A DNA stretch of 64,000 nucleotides. It comes from Nitrospirales bacterium. GTDB taxonomy: Bacteria > Nitrospirota > Nitrospiria > Nitrospirales > UBA8639. The notes under the pieces were generated by a model. The model saw only the letters and a list, made by a program, of their open reading frames with translations, was not told where the DNA came from and searched no databases. The stretch is taken from assembly GCA_965223635.1 (NCBI GenBank), contig OZ245007.1, forward strand, positions 386,935 to 450,934, written 5' to 3'. This document shows positions 19,715-30,817 of this stretch, one piece after another. Numbering within the stretch: the first letter of the stretch is position 1; the number at the start of each line of letters is the position of its first letter. A program made the translations under genes and the position numbers.

Positions 19715-19802
19715 GGAGGGGTGCTAGAGTGGTCGAATAGACCGGTCTTGAAAACCGGCGTGGTGAAAACCACCGTGGGTTCGAATCCCACCCCCTCCGC
19801 CA
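19715..19802 (+). tRNA. tRNA-Ser (anticodon UGA), type II with long variable arm
   Basis: The sequence is GGAGGGG...CCGGT-CTTGAAA-ACCGG, then the variable arm CGTGGTGAAAACCACCG, then GTGGG-TTCGAAT-CCCAC-CCCCTCC-G-CCA. It lies immediately downstream of serS. Confidence 0.9.
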
Positions 19803-19961
19803 TGTTTTAGGAATTCGGCAAACCCTAACTAAAGATCTCAGGGGTTCATAGCCTCTTCAGTCAAAAAATAAGGTCTTGGATAAGATGAAGCGGATAAGGT
19901 GCTGTTGAAAACAGAAATGAAATTACCTGTTCTCGATTGGGAAAGCTTTCACATTGGTCCG

Positions 19962-20885
19962 TTAATTTGACATGAGAGTTTCTTGTACCAGGGCTTGAAG
20001 GCCATCTGGCAAATCTGTCATAGCTGTGCTATCCACTAAATCCTTAAATCTCTGAATGTTGGCTTCAGAAAATGGAATATCCCCGGTCCGTGCAGACCGA
20101 TGAATAATTTCTAATGGCCGATCGACACATTGAGAGAGGTCTTCAATAAGGCTCAACAGACTGTGACTTTTTCCAGTTGCCACGTTACACACTCCGGTCA
20201 TCTCATGTTGTAAAGCTAGGACATTGGCATTCGCAACATCTTTCACAAAAATGAAATCCCGCGTTTGTGCGCCATCTCCAAACACGCAAAGCGGCTCGCG
20301 CTGTTCAATCATAGAAATAAATTTACTGATTACCCCTGCGTAATGTGATTGAGGATCCTGGCGCGGCCCAAATACATTAAAATACCGAAGCCCTAATAGC
20401 GATAACTTGAATTCGTGAGCAAACAAGGCAGCATATTGATCATTCACCAATTTCTCCAAACCATATGGTGAACATGGTTGAGTGACGTCTGTTTCAGATA
20501 AAGGCAAACGTTGCGGCTGACCATAGACCGCAGCACTTGAGGCATAGACCATGCGCTGGACACGGAAGGAACGGGCGGTTTGCAACACATTCACAAATCC
20601 ACCAATATTGGTTGAGCTCGATAAGACAGGATTGTCAACAGAGGCCTGAACGGAAACTTGGGCGGCTAAATGCAATACATGAGTAATATCTTCCATGGCT
20701 TTCTGAACTGCATGTTCATCCCGAATATCCCCCTCTTGAATTTCTAAAAGCGAATGCGTGGGCAAATTTTGCCGAGATCCGGTAGAAAAATTATCGAAGG
20801 CACGAACCCGAATCTCAGACTCAAGCAACTGCTCTACAGAATGCGATCCAATAAAACCCGCTCCACCCGTCACTAAAACATGCAT
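19962..20885 (-). CDS. NAD-dependent nucleotide-sugar epimerase/dehydratase (extended SDR; WbpP/TviC-like 4-epimerase type)
   Basis: Motifs: VTGGAGFIGSH, FDNFSTGSRQNL, ASSAAVYG, and YGLEKLVNDQY (YxxxK). Confidence 0.8.
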   Translation of the reverse strand: MHVLVTGGAGFIGSHSVEQLLESEIRVRAFDNFSTGSRQNLPTHSLLEIQEGDIRDEHAVQKAMEDITHVLHLAAQVSVQASVDNPVLSSSTNIGGFVNVLQTARSFRVQRMVYASSAAVYGQPQRLPLSETDVTQPCSPYGLEKLVNDQYAALFAHEFKLSLLGLRYFNVFGPRQDPQSHYAGVISKFISMIEQREPLCVFGDGAQTRDFIFVKDVANANVLALQHEMTGVCNVATGKSHSLLSLIEDLSQCVDRPLEIIHRSARTGDIPFSEANIQRFKDLVDSTAMTDLPDGLQALVQETLMSN

Positions 20886-21080
20886 GCGATTTTCCTTTGT
20901 AGTGAATGGACGTCAAGCCATCTGCCCATAAAAAGCAAACTTAATGCCATGGCTATTGGAGAGGGGATTTTTTTGTACCCTACATTATGCCTGGTTGTCC
21001 ACCTCCAAAGACTGCCTTATAATGCTCTGCAGGTTATCAAACGAATTAATCATTTCGAATATCTGTAAGGAGTATGCATC

Positions 21081-21755
21081 ATGGCAACCGATACGAAACA
21101 ACAGCAAAGTTCTGACGTTCTAGATGACCCAAAGGCCCGAGAACTCCTTGAAACGGCTTTTTCTAAAACCGCACGCTGGCAACCAGACTTCAAAGGATTT
21201 CAAGCAGATTTACGTGTAAATGTGAATGGTAAAGAAACGAAGGGCACCGTAACAGTCAAAGGAGCACGAGATGTGACCGTGACGATTGATGATACTGAGA
21301 CCCAAACCTGGGCTCAAAATCAAATCGGCATGATTGCCGTGCATCGAGGACCCCGTAATTTTCAAGAATCAGACGGAAAACATATTCTGACATTAGGAGG
21401 CGAAGAAGAACATCCATTAGGGCGGCGAGTGAATATTCATGGAGACGGCATGGGTTCCTGGTATCGGATTAGAGATAATCGCATTACTCAAATCAACCGA
21501 AATATGCCTCAAGCGGCATTTACTATTAATGTGGAGGAGAGTGCGCTGACAGAAGATAAACATCATCTGACTACCCGCTATACAGTCTATTATTTTTCTC
21601 CAAAAGACCGGTCATTGAAAAATGTTGATAGTTTTTCAGACACACACATCCGAGTCGGCCATTCAGATCTCCCGGCAACTCGACGGGTTATTTCCTATGA
21701 AGACGGGGAAATTATGACGAGAACCGTAACCTTCGAAAACCACACGATGCTGTAA
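21081..21755 (+). CDS. Hypothetical protein (resembles DUF3386-type proteins from memory; unverified)
   Basis: This is a clean 224-aa ORF with an ATG preceded by AAGGAG. Blocks such as GKHILTLGG and HGDGMGSWYRIRDNRITQINR recall the DUF3386 family. Confidence 0.5.
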   Translation: MATDTKQQQSSDVLDDPKARELLETAFSKTARWQPDFKGFQADLRVNVNGKETKGTVTVKGARDVTVTIDDTETQTWAQNQIGMIAVHRGPRNFQESDGKHILTLGGEEEHPLGRRVNIHGDGMGSWYRIRDNRITQINRNMPQAAFTINVEESALTEDKHHLTTRYTVYYFSPKDRSLKNVDSFSDTHIRVGHSDLPATRRVISYEDGEIMTRTVTFENHTML

Positions 21756-21886
21756 AGGTTGGGAAAAGGGAAAAGAAATTTGGAAGTAAGGTAGAAGAGA
21801 ATAGACTCTCTACCTCTCGTTCTACTTTTTATGGTGATGCACTTCCCAAGGCTTTTCCCAATGGTTGATAGGATAAAGAATATAAA

Positions 21887-22615
21887 TTAACGTAACCCTT
21901 GGCCACCAGTTCCTCCACCAAATCCACCGAAATTTCCCCCAAAGCCTCCTTGGCCTGTTCCCCAAAATTCCCCGCGTTTCCAACGAGGAAAGGGGTGTCG
22001 TCTTTCGGGACGAGTAAATCGCCATAATGCATAGATCATGAGAAATATGGCCATGAGATTCATCCAAAATCCGGCTTTTTTGGTAGGACGGATTTTTTCC
22101 TTAGGAACCGGATGCTTCCCAGCAATGGATGCCAACGTGAGAACCGAACGATAGACATTCATCCCATAATCCCCGGAATGAAACATAGGTTGTAGTATGT
22201 TTACAGAAACTTCATCTAACACTTGAGGTGCGATCGCAGGGATAAGGCTTTTCCCCACAACAACGACAGCTTGCTGCTCTTGCTTCGCGACTAATAATAA
22301 TAAGCCACGTTCTTGTTGAGCGGTCCCTATTCGCCACTCTTTATACAACCGAGCTGCATAGTCTTGGGCATGCGGAAATGATTGAATCGTATCAATCGTA
22401 ACCACTAACATCTCTATCGAAGTATTCATTTCCAAATCTTTACAGATTGCTCGTATTTGAGCATACCATTCGTCGTCTAAGACATCGGCATAGTCACTCA
22501 CATAGCCACGTGGGGTCGGAAATTGAAGATTTTCCGGGGAGGCTCCCCAGGAAATCGAAGAAAAAAACAGAATGTTACTGAGGAAGAGGCCGGTGAGTAT
22601 GAGGCGCGCAAACAT
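21887..22615 (-). CDS. TPM-domain (YgcG-like) membrane protein with Gly-rich tail
   Basis: A signal peptide (MFARLILTGLFLSNILFFSS) is followed by a TPM block (RGYVSDYADVLDDEW ... EMLVVTIDTI ... GLLLLVAKQEQQAVVVVG). A TM helix and the tail GGFGGNFGGFGGGTGGQG follow. The start is taken at ATG 22615, abutting the upstream stop. Confidence 0.7.
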   Translation of the reverse strand: MFARLILTGLFLSNILFFSSISWGASPENLQFPTPRGYVSDYADVLDDEWYAQIRAICKDLEMNTSIEMLVVTIDTIQSFPHAQDYAARLYKEWRIGTAQQERGLLLLVAKQEQQAVVVVGKSLIPAIAPQVLDEVSVNILQPMFHSGDYGMNVYRSVLTLASIAGKHPVPKEKIRPTKKAGFWMNLMAIFLMIYALWRFTRPERRHPFPRWKRGEFWGTGQGGFGGNFGGFGGGTGGQGLR

Positions 22616-22617
22616 AA

Positions 22618-23382
22618 TCACGAACCTTCTTGGCGAATCTTCTGAACTCGCTCCATCAATTGTTCCAGGCTTTGTAGATAACGCTCGTAGGTCTTTGTCC
22701 ATTCTAATGAGCCAGGGCTACTGAGTCCTCTTTTGATATTCAACACCTGAATGAAGCGAGAGGAGTCAAATTGCAATACGTCCTGAAACATTTCAAGAAT
22801 CATTAGATCTTTACTTTGGGTAGTATGCCCCAGGCAATATACCAGCCCACGAAGACAAGACACCACTGTGGTGATAGAAAGGATCAGTACGGCTTGAATG
22901 GCCTCATTCCGCCCTTCACCTTCAATAAATCGTTGTCGCACGCGTAAAAGATTCGCCATTAATTCTTGTTCACATTGCCAACTCAATTTCGCTTTGTCCA
23001 GATCAACTTCGCCAAATGGATCTTGTCCAGCTAACACTACATAGTGCTGGATCATTTGAAGATATTCTAAAGGAAAAAGTTGTGGCACCCTTTCTAAATC
23101 ATCTTTTGTCATCAATAACGGAGCCACAATTTGATGCTTCCCCCATTCTTTATGCAATTGTGCAACTTGTTGTAACTGATTAACGGATACATTTTGAACG
23201 ATGAGAAGTATGTTGATATTCGAGCGGCCCACAATAAAGTCACCTCTCGCAGCGCTACCATAGAGAAGCAGTCCATCCATGTCTTGGTGCCATTGTTGTT
23301 CAATCTGACCAACAAAGTGAGCCAGGACATCCTGAACCTCTTCAGGAAGATCTAATGACTGTAAAGGCGGGACAGCCGTCAT
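22618..23382 (-). CDS. Nucleotidyltransferase-fold protein (Pol-beta-like NTase with helical C-terminal domain)
   Basis: The sequence has the motif LLLYGSAARGDFIVGRSNINILLIV (GS-x-x-RGD... NTase signature). The C-terminal half is helical. Confidence 0.6.
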   Translation of the reverse strand: MTAVPPLQSLDLPEEVQDVLAHFVGQIEQQWHQDMDGLLLYGSAARGDFIVGRSNINILLIVQNVSVNQLQQVAQLHKEWGKHQIVAPLLMTKDDLERVPQLFPLEYLQMIQHYVVLAGQDPFGEVDLDKAKLSWQCEQELMANLLRVRQRFIEGEGRNEAIQAVLILSITTVVSCLRGLVYCLGHTTQSKDLMILEMFQDVLQFDSSRFIQVLNIKRGLSSPGSLEWTKTYERYLQSLEQLMERVQKIRQEGS

Positions 23383-23394
23383 CGCTAAAAAGCC

Positions 23395-24669
23395 CTAACC
23401 AAATTGGGTATGGGCAGGGACATGATTGGCTCGAGGATCTGGCAGGAAGCCTGCCGCTTGAAAGCGATCAAGCCATCCAAACGGAGGAGTTGTCCGTAAA
23501 CCTGCTGTTGCAGTAAGGATTTGATATTGCAAGCGAGGATTGGAATCGATAGTTCGAAAGACACGGTCTCGTAACGTCGTCAGGATGGGATTGCCTGTAT
23601 TCCAAAAAAATACTTCTTCATCTGCTAACCGTTGCAACATGGTGACTTGAGAGCGACGCATTTTTTCAAAAGGCTTAAGGGATTTCGCAGACCAATCCTG
23701 TGATCGCTCACAGTTTTCCAAGACATCCGCAAGAGTGATCGCATCCACCATGGCTTGCATTCTTCCCTGGGAAGCATGGGGATTCATGCCATGCGCAGCA
23801 TCCCCCATAATGACGGCCCGATCCTTGACCCATGTTTTTGCCCGGACACGCCCCGTGCCCATATATGCGGTTTGCTGCCAATCTTCAAAGGCATCAAAGA
23901 GCGACCCTAGATTTGGAGCAATCGTTTTCCATTGTTCTCGAAGAGGAGCCACCCCCTGGGCTTTCAACTGTGTCAGGGAATCTGACGAAACCATATACAA
24001 GACATAGGCCTTCTGCCCAGGAGCGGGAAACACCCCTAAAATAGTCTGCTGCCCGACAAAATATTGCCCTTCATGCAGGTCTTCGGGCGAGTCCAATGCC
24101 GCGACTAGGTAACTATCATGGTAGCGGTGTAAGGAAACAGGTATATTCAAGGCCTCCCGAACTCGAGAGAAAGGTCCATCAGCACCTACTACCACTTGTG
24201 AGCCTATTTGAACCGTAACACCATCCATTTCGGCTTGCACACCAACAATCTGTGCGCCATCACGCAACACTGATTGGAATTTGGCATTAAAATGGACCCC
24301 TTGAGGATTTTCTTTCTGAAGACAATCAAGAATACTATGATGGACAACATTGGGCCACATCACTAGGGCCCGATTAAAGGGAGGAGACAGCATATCATAA
24401 TCAATACTACATAGACGCTGCCCTCCACTTTTAAGAAAATGGAAAAATCTCACCGGCTTCGAGGCTTCTACGGGTAAGGTATCCAGCAAGCCAAGATTAT
24501 GAAGCAAGGCTTGGCCATTGGGTTGAAGAATTTCTCCCCGAAGACCTTGTGGAGGTCCAGCCGCTTGCTCCAATACGATATTGGAAATACCTTTTCTAGC
24601 TAAGGCGATTCCTAGAACGGCGCCGCCTCCACCCCCACCAACAATTAGCACATTTGTCGTCAGATCCAT
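23395..24669 (-). CDS. FAD-dependent monooxygenase/oxidoreductase (UbiH / geranylgeranyl-reductase-like)
   Basis: The dinucleotide fold is VLIVGGGGGGAVLGIALARKG. The second FAD motif is VIMGDAAHGMNPHASQG. Confidence 0.8.
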   Translation of the reverse strand: MDLTTNVLIVGGGGGGAVLGIALARKGISNIVLEQAAGPPQGLRGEILQPNGQALLHNLGLLDTLPVEASKPVRFFHFLKSGGQRLCSIDYDMLSPPFNRALVMWPNVVHHSILDCLQKENPQGVHFNAKFQSVLRDGAQIVGVQAEMDGVTVQIGSQVVVGADGPFSRVREALNIPVSLHRYHDSYLVAALDSPEDLHEGQYFVGQQTILGVFPAPGQKAYVLYMVSSDSLTQLKAQGVAPLREQWKTIAPNLGSLFDAFEDWQQTAYMGTGRVRAKTWVKDRAVIMGDAAHGMNPHASQGRMQAMVDAITLADVLENCERSQDWSAKSLKPFEKMRRSQVTMLQRLADEEVFFWNTGNPILTTLRDRVFRTIDSNPRLQYQILTATAGLRTTPPFGWLDRFQAAGFLPDPRANHVPAHTQFG

Positions 24670-24769
24670 ATTACATAACTCAGCTTGGGTGAAGAGTCAC
24701 AACAATAATCATTTCTCAGGCACCTCAATTGAGCAGAATACATAGAACATGATAAAAAAGTGCGGGATA

Positions 24770-25150
24770 TTAGTCAGAAAAAATAGATTGAAATTGTTCT
24801 TCGGCTTCTTGCCAAGCAAGTGGATAGGATGTTGATAGCCAACCGCGAAGATATTGTTTCTGTTGAGGAGACAACATATTTTTTATTTGATGGGTCCGCC
24901 CTTGCAGCGGTTGAAGAAAGCCAACTTTTTTCACAGGGTCTAATGTGGCCGTGCGAACATATACATTGGTATAGATGGTAGGAGCTTGTTCATCCCCATC
25001 ACCTTGAAGCCATACAGAAAGGTATGTGTCCATTTCCAACCCTGAGCTATCCAAAGCTGGGTCGGTATCGTGAAACAACTCATTTTCGGTTTGCTCTAAA
25101 GGAACAGCTTCATTGGCCCTAAAGAGAAAATTCCTTTTCCACATAAGCAA
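24770..25150 (-). CDS. Hypothetical protein
   Basis: This is a 126-aa ORF with no competing ORF and no recognisable motif. Confidence 0.35.
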   Translation of the reverse strand: MLMWKRNFLFRANEAVPLEQTENELFHDTDPALDSSGLEMDTYLSVWLQGDGDEQAPTIYTNVYVRTATLDPVKKVGFLQPLQGRTHQIKNMLSPQQKQYLRGWLSTSYPLAWQEAEEQFQSIFSD

Positions 25151-25351
25151 ATATCTTTCATTTATGAAATGAGAAATAAAGGAGAGGATACTGTCAAGGG
25201 ATTTAGAAGAAAGTCAAGGGATAGACAACTTCCTAGATGCAGTACGACTTTGATATTTAAATTGACTCCCCTTTTAGGTTAGAATATTCAAGAGCTTATG
25301 GTCTTTATCCGTTTTTGAAATCTCCCTCTCATTTATGAGAATGTTTCTACG

Positions 25352-26029
25352 TTGATGTCAACATCGCCTTTTCCATCTCAATGTACGGAGGATCAATTGG
25401 TGAAGAAACCATCCCTTTGCATGCGACTCATTCTGAGCATTGTTGGCACGCTTCTCTTGGCCGGATGTCAAGGTACGGGGCACACCATCAATTTCGAACC
25501 GCACGCTCTGGCGGTAGACCCCACAGGCGAAGAACAGGATTTGACAATCCTGGTCGAACCTTTTAAAGATGCCAGACCAGAAAAAACTCGCCTTGGCGCT
25601 CGGACACATTTTTGGGGAGGAGTTACTCATTTCAATGCCTGGGATGGAGACATTTCTGAAGGAATGGCTAACCTTGCCGTCAAATACCTGCAACAACGAC
25701 CTTGGCAGGCTTCTCGCACAGACAGTGGTTCAAGCGACGTTACCCTCACAGGAACCGTATTATCCCTGAAAGCCAATGCCAAGAGCGGATTTGGGTTTAC
25801 GGATATTATCGTTGACATGAGGGTTCGATTTGAAGCACTCAATGCTATTGATGAAAGTACCGTGAGAATGGTCTTAGGAGCAAAAGGGTCGGATCGTGTG
25901 GTGACTTTTGACCCACAAGATGTGGATCGGCTCATCAATCTTGTTGCGAAAGATTTGTATCAACAACTTTTTCAAGATCTTGAGGTCAAAAATAAAGCGT
26001 TTCAATTGCGGCCGGGTATCCGTCCATAG
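25352..26029 (+). CDS. Putative lipoprotein
   Basis: The protein has a signal peptide with a lipobox (LLLAGCQG). I recognise no family. Confidence 0.55.
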   Translation: MMSTSPFPSQCTEDQLVKKPSLCMRLILSIVGTLLLAGCQGTGHTINFEPHALAVDPTGEEQDLTILVEPFKDARPEKTRLGARTHFWGGVTHFNAWDGDISEGMANLAVKYLQQRPWQASRTDSGSSDVTLTGTVLSLKANAKSGFGFTDIIVDMRVRFEALNAIDESTVRMVLGAKGSDRVVTFDPQDVDRLINLVAKDLYQQLFQDLEVKNKAFQLRPGIRP

Positions 26030-26239
26030 CTTTTTCAGAGACAAATATGCCACAATTAGCGTTGTTAGCTCATAGTAGATTATTTTCACAAGGAGGTTAA
26101 CTTTGGCTAATCAGACGTAATCTTTAAAGTATAGACACTTCTCCTAAAATTTCCAGAACAGGTATTTCTTTTTCTCTCTTGAATGATTGCTTTTTTATCC
26201 GTCTTCATGAGGTGCCATAACTGGAAAAGGGCGTAGTGA

Positions 26240-27241
26240 ATGAATAAAGAGCTTGCAGACTCTTCTGTCCCTCAGTCAAATGTTTTAATCGTTGAAGATG
26301 AGCAAGGTCCGCGAGAGGCCTTAAAACTCGTTCTTTCCCCCTATTTTAATCTCTATACTGTTGATCGAGCCGAAGTCGCAGAGCAAATCCTTGCGACGCA
26401 TCCCATTGACCTTGTCACACTCGACCTGAAACTTCCAGACCAACCCGGCACAGATCTTCTCGCCAAAATCAGGGAAAATGGACACGATGTCGATGTCGTG
26501 ATTATTACTGGTTATGGCACATTGCAATCAGCCATTGACGCCATCCGTCACGGCGTAGCCGCCTATATTCTCAAACCCTTTAATGTTTCAGAATTATTAG
26601 AAATAATCAAAAAAGCACTGGAGCGGCGGAAACGACTCTCTTCCCTTCAAGATGCTCTTCAAGCCTTAGGCAATCTCTGGGTCTCAGGCATTGATGTCAA
26701 AACGGCCATGGCCAATATTGAAACGCTCTTAGGGGCGAAGCATCCTGAATTAGTCCAACATGCAAGCCGTGTGAATTTTTATGCTTCGTTATTGACTGAA
26801 CATCTCCAATTAAGCAAAGAAGATCGTGATGCCATCAACCTTGGAGCTTATTTGCATGATATTGGAAAGATTGGGATTCATGATCGTCTCATAGCTGGAA
26901 ACCATTCTCTATCTGACCAAGAGCAAGAAATGATGACATGTCATCCGACAATCGGCGCACAGTTTATTCGAAGCATTCCCTTTCACCCTTCCGTAGAACA
27001 AATTATTCTCTCCCATCACGAAAAATTTGATGGCTCAGGATTTCCTGATGGACTTGCTGGCGACAACATTCCTCTTCCCGCTCGAATCGTTTGTCTAGCC
27101 AATACCTTTGATAATTTAGTTACCAGCAGAGATAGCCCCAAGGTGATGCCGGTGCCAGAAGCCCGAGAGACAATCCGTCAGGAAGCAGGGAAAAGCCTTG
27201 ATCCTGAACTCGCCGAGCTTTTTGCCAACGTGGTTTGGTAA
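26240..27241 (+). CDS. Response regulator with HD-GYP domain (RpfG-like, probable c-di-GMP phosphodiesterase)
   Basis: The receiver domain has VLIVEDEQ, the DLVTLDLKLPD phospho-Asp region and LKPF. The HD-GYP part has LHDIGKIG and HHEKFDGSGFPDGL. Confidence 0.85.
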   Translation: MNKELADSSVPQSNVLIVEDEQGPREALKLVLSPYFNLYTVDRAEVAEQILATHPIDLVTLDLKLPDQPGTDLLAKIRENGHDVDVVIITGYGTLQSAIDAIRHGVAAYILKPFNVSELLEIIKKALERRKRLSSLQDALQALGNLWVSGIDVKTAMANIETLLGAKHPELVQHASRVNFYASLLTEHLQLSKEDRDAINLGAYLHDIGKIGIHDRLIAGNHSLSDQEQEMMTCHPTIGAQFIRSIPFHPSVEQIILSHHEKFDGSGFPDGLAGDNIPLPARIVCLANTFDNLVTSRDSPKVMPVPEARETIRQEAGKSLDPELAELFANVVW

Positions 27242-27284
27242 CAACATCATAAAGATTAAACGTCAATGTGGACTCTCTTTTTTT

Positions 27285-29660
27285 ATGAATAAGACCCTCC
27301 CTCATATGGCTCCATTTACTCATTCGGAAACCACCGAGAAATGGGAGCAAGCCTTTGATGCGTTAACGGATCATGTCATGATCTTAGATCAGACCGGACT
27401 GATTGTTTGGGCCAATCGAGCGATTCGGGATCAGGTCGAATCTCACATAGGCCCCATCATCGGCCAGCATTATAGCTTTCCCTATTACGGCACCAAACTT
27501 CCTCAAAGTCCTCCACCTTGGGAAACCGTTTTAGCCGGAGCACTATCGGCTATTGTCGAAACGTCTTTTCCGTTAATGCAAGGGCACTACCTCGTGTCTT
27601 GCTATCCCTTATTTGATTCTCGAGGCATTCAGTGGGGTGCCATATCGGTGGTCAAAGATATTACCGATCAAAAACGGATTGAAGAAGCCCTACGAAAAAT
27701 TGCACAAAGTGACCCAACACCTGGAAGTATTGCCTTTTTACGAGCTCTCCTAAAAGATCTCTCCCAAGCAATCAATACTCCCTATGTGATTCTTGCAGAC
27801 CTTGATCACTCCACCTCGCCCCAGGCACAAACTGTGGGGGTTTTGGCAAATGGCAGTTTTCTTGAAAATTTTATATGGTCTCCGCCCCCCCTACTTTTGA
27901 ATGAGTTGAGCAGCGTAAAAGGTTGTACATGGAATAATATTTCCTTCCCCCTCTTTCCTTCAACCTCAGAACTATCTTCATGGCAGGTGACAAGTTATAT
28001 GGGAAATGCCCTTCGTGGACAGGCCGGCCATATCATCGGCTTATTATTAGTCTTGAGCCAGAAACCAATTGGCAATCCTCATGTCGCCAAATCTATTGTA
28101 CAAATCTTTGCAGCCAGGGCCGCCAGTGAGCTCCAACGAAAAAAGACGGAAGAGGCGTTACGAGATAGTGAACAACGCTACCGGGCCATCGTAGAGAATG
28201 CCTATGACTTAATCATTGAAATCAGCAATCAGGGAGTATGTCACTATATCAGCCCCAATTGTTCTGCTGTTCTTGGCTACAGTTCTACTGATATGTTGGG
28301 GAAGAGCTTTTTTGACTTCGTGTATCCTGAAGAAAGACAACTGCTCACCGAATCATTTTATACGCATATCCGATCACTCCAAGAAATTGATTTGACTTGT
28401 CGACTGCAAGCCAAACAGGGGGAATGGCGTTGGTTTGAAAGTCATATCCATCCATTTCGAACCAGCACAGGCACGATTAAGGGTGTCATTGTGACACGAG
28501 ATATCACAGAACAAAAGCGCTTAGAAGAAGAACGCTTACGGGCCACAAAACTTGAATCGGTTGGTCTTTTGGCCGGAGGCATCGCGCATGACTTCAATAA
28601 TATTTTAACCTCAGTTTTTGCCAATATTGGATTAGCCAAAATGATCACGGGCAAAGCCCCCTCCCCTAACAAGTCCGTTGTTGAACGATTGAGTGCAGCT
28701 GAAAAGGCATGCCTCCGCGCTCGTGATTTGACAAAACAACTTTTAACGTTTGCGAAGGGGGGAGCTCCAGTTAAAAGCACGACATCAATCTCTTCAATTA
28801 TTGGCGATACCGTGGAATTCGCATTGCGAGGCTCAAGTGTGCGTTGTTGTCTGCAGATTCCCGAACAGGTTTGGCCCGTTGTAGTCGATGAAGGGCAAAT
28901 TAGCCAGGTATTGCAAAATCTGGTCATTAATGCGGAGCAGGCGATGCCCGAAGGCGGTGTGATTGATGTCACTGTGGCGAATGATTCAATCGAGTCATCA
29001 TCAGAACTTCCACTCAAGGAAGGCAACTATGTTCGAGTTTCTGTCACCGATCAAGGCATCGGTATTCCTCAAGATCATCTCTCCAAAATTTTTGACCCCT
29101 ACTTTACAACGAAACAAAAAGGAAGTGGACTGGGATTAGCGACAACCTATTCAATTGTTAAACGGCACGAGGGACATATTACGGTCTCATCGTCACTTGG
29201 CCAAGGGGCTTGTTTTACGCTCTACCTCCCTGCCTCATCTACAAAAGAAACTTCACGGGATGAGGCCCCACGAGAATTGGTCTACGGCAAAGGACATATC
29301 CTTGTCATGGATGATGAAGAAGAAATCAGAGAGGTCCTTGGGCAAATGCTCCAGCATCTTGGCTTTGAGGTCGATTTTGCTAGCGATGGAGAACAAGCGT
29401 TCAGTGACTACAGTCAGGCCTTTCAAGAAGGCAAGCCCTATGTAGCGACAATCCTAGATCTCACGATTCCAGGTGGCATGGGAGGGAAAGAAACGCTTAG
29501 ACAAATTAAAGCGTTACACCCTGAAGCAGCAGTCATTGTCTCAAGTGGCTATTCTAATGATCCAGTGATGGCGCGTTTTGAGAAATTTGGATTTTCTGGT
29601 GTTATAGCAAAACCCTATAATATTTTAGATCTCTCGAAAGTCCTCAGCCAAATTCTTTAA
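27285..29660 (+). CDS. PAS/GAF-like/PAS hybrid sensor histidine kinase with C-terminal receiver
   Basis: The H-box is [12 protein letters not shown]. The N box is [14 protein letters not shown]. The G boxes are DQGIGIP and GSGLGLA. The receiver has ILVMDDEEE ... [11 protein letters not shown] ... AKPY. PAS blocks contain [14 protein letters not shown]. The start is taken at ATG 27285; the ORF is open from 27198. Confidence 0.85.
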   Translation: MNKTLPHMAPFTHSETTEKWEQAFDALTDHVMILDQTGLIVWANRAIRDQVESHIGPIIGQHYSFPYYGTKLPQSPPPWETVLAGALSAIVETSFPLMQGHYLVSCYPLFDSRGIQWGAISVVKDITDQKRIEEALRKIAQSDPTPGSIAFLRALLKDLSQAINTPYVILADLDHSTSPQAQTVGVLANGSFLENFIWSPPPLLLNELSSVKGCTWNNISFPLFPSTSELSSWQVTSYMGNALRGQAGHIIGLLLVLSQKPIGNPHVAKSIVQIFAARAASELQRKKTEEALRDSEQRYRAIVENAYDLIIEISNQGVCHYISPNCSAVLGYSSTDMLGKSFFDFVYPEERQLLTESFYTHIRSLQEIDLTCRLQAKQGEWRWFESHIHPFRTSTGTIKGVIVTRDITEQKRLEEERLRATKLESVGLLAGGIAHDFNNILTSVFANIGLAKMITGKAPSPNKSVVERLSAAEKACLRARDLTKQLLTFAKGGAPVKSTTSISSIIGDTVEFALRGSSVRCCLQIPEQVWPVVVDEGQISQVLQNLVINAEQAMPEGGVIDVTVANDSIESSSELPLKEGNYVRVSVTDQGIGIPQDHLSKIFDPYFTTKQKGSGLGLATTYSIVKRHEGHITVSSSLGQGACFTLYLPASSTKETSRDEAPRELVYGKGHILVMDDEEEIREVLGQMLQHLGFEVDFASDGEQAFSDYSQAFQEGKPYVATILDLTIPGGMGGKETLRQIKALHPEAAVIVSSGYSNDPVMARFEKFGFSGVIAKPYNILDLSKVLSQIL

Positions 29661-30714
29661 ACTCGGACCGCACGAGTTTGTGCGGCGTAATCTGGGTTGG
29701 CAATTCATGAGGAGACAAAATCCCGCGCTCAGTAATAATTCCTGCAATTAAATTTGCAGGAGTCACATCAAAAGCTGGATTCCATACGGAAACTCCATCC
29801 GGTGCAATTGTTCGACTCCCATGTATCTGAGTCACTTCAGAAGAATGCCGTTCTTCAATGGGAATAGCATCTCCATCAACCGTGGCCAAATCTATCGTCG
29901 AAAGTGGCGCTGCGACATAAAAAGGAATATTGTGAGCTTTTGCTAATACGGCAACAGAATACGTCCCAATTTTATTCGCCACATCACCATTTGCTGCAAT
30001 ACGGTCAGCGCCAACGACACAACATTGAATCTGCTGCTTTTGCATCAGGGCTCCAGCCATATTATCGGTTATCACTGTTACGGGAATACCATCTTGTTGG
30101 AGTTCCCAAGCCGTTAATCGAGCACCTTGAAGCACTGGGCGAGTTTCATCTGCAAATACGTGAAGGTGTTTACCTTCCTCCCATGCAGCCCGTACAACCC
30201 CTAACGCTGTCCCATAGCCAGCAGTGGCCAAGGCCCCGGCATTACAATGAGTGAGTATAGCATCACCATCTCGTATGCATGCTGCACCATATTTCCCCAA
30301 CGTCTGATTGATACGAACATCCTCTTCAAGGATGGATAAGGCTTCATTTATTAATAGCTGTTGGCATTCTTCAACACAGCGAGATTTCGTGGAACTCAAT
30401 ACTTGTTTCATTCGATCCACTGCCCAAAAAAGATTGACAGCCGTGGGCCGTGTTGCAGCTAGTGTTTCACAAACAGTATTCATATGCTGTTCAAACGCGG
30501 CAAAACTCGACTCTGTGTATTGTCTGGCCCCTAGGGCAATTCCCAATGCCGCAGTCACTCCAATGGCAGGCGCGCCACGCACACTCAAGTCGCGAATTGC
30601 TTCAGCTACGCATTCATAATCGTCACAAGCAAGGAAACGGACCTCGCCTGGCAACCTACGTTGATCTAAGATCCGAACCTGAGCCTCTTTCCATTCAACT
30701 GTAGGAACCATCAC
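29644..30714 (-). CDS. mtnA: S-methyl-5-thioribose-1-phosphate isomerase (eIF-2B alpha/beta/delta family)
   Basis: The sequence is [46 protein letters not shown] ... [19 protein letters not shown] ... [18 protein letters not shown] ... [19 protein letters not shown]. Confidence 0.9.
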   Translation of the reverse strand: MMVPTVEWKEAQVRILDQRRLPGEVRFLACDDYECVAEAIRDLSVRGAPAIGVTAALGIALGARQYTESSFAAFEQHMNTVCETLAATRPTAVNLFWAVDRMKQVLSSTKSRCVEECQQLLINEALSILEEDVRINQTLGKYGAACIRDGDAILTHCNAGALATAGYGTALGVVRAAWEEGKHLHVFADETRPVLQGARLTAWELQQDGIPVTVITDNMAGALMQKQQIQCCVVGADRIAANGDVANKIGTYSVAVLAKAHNIPFYVAAPLSTIDLATVDGDAIPIEERHSSEVTQIHGSRTIAPDGVSVWNPAFDVTPANLIAGIITERGILSPHELPTQITPHKLVRSEFKEFG

Positions 30715-30817
30715 AGTGACCTTTCATGACCGATTGCCATATCAAGGAATTGCACATTGACCTGTACTCTTTTCTATACAAGATCTGTTCAAGGTCTCCT
30801 TATTCGATTTTTTCTTT

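Noticed and set aside
28442-29026. 194-aa minus-strand ORF inside the PAS/GAF kinase
   Set aside because: It is antisense to a gene with clear H, N and G boxes, and it has no motifs of its own.
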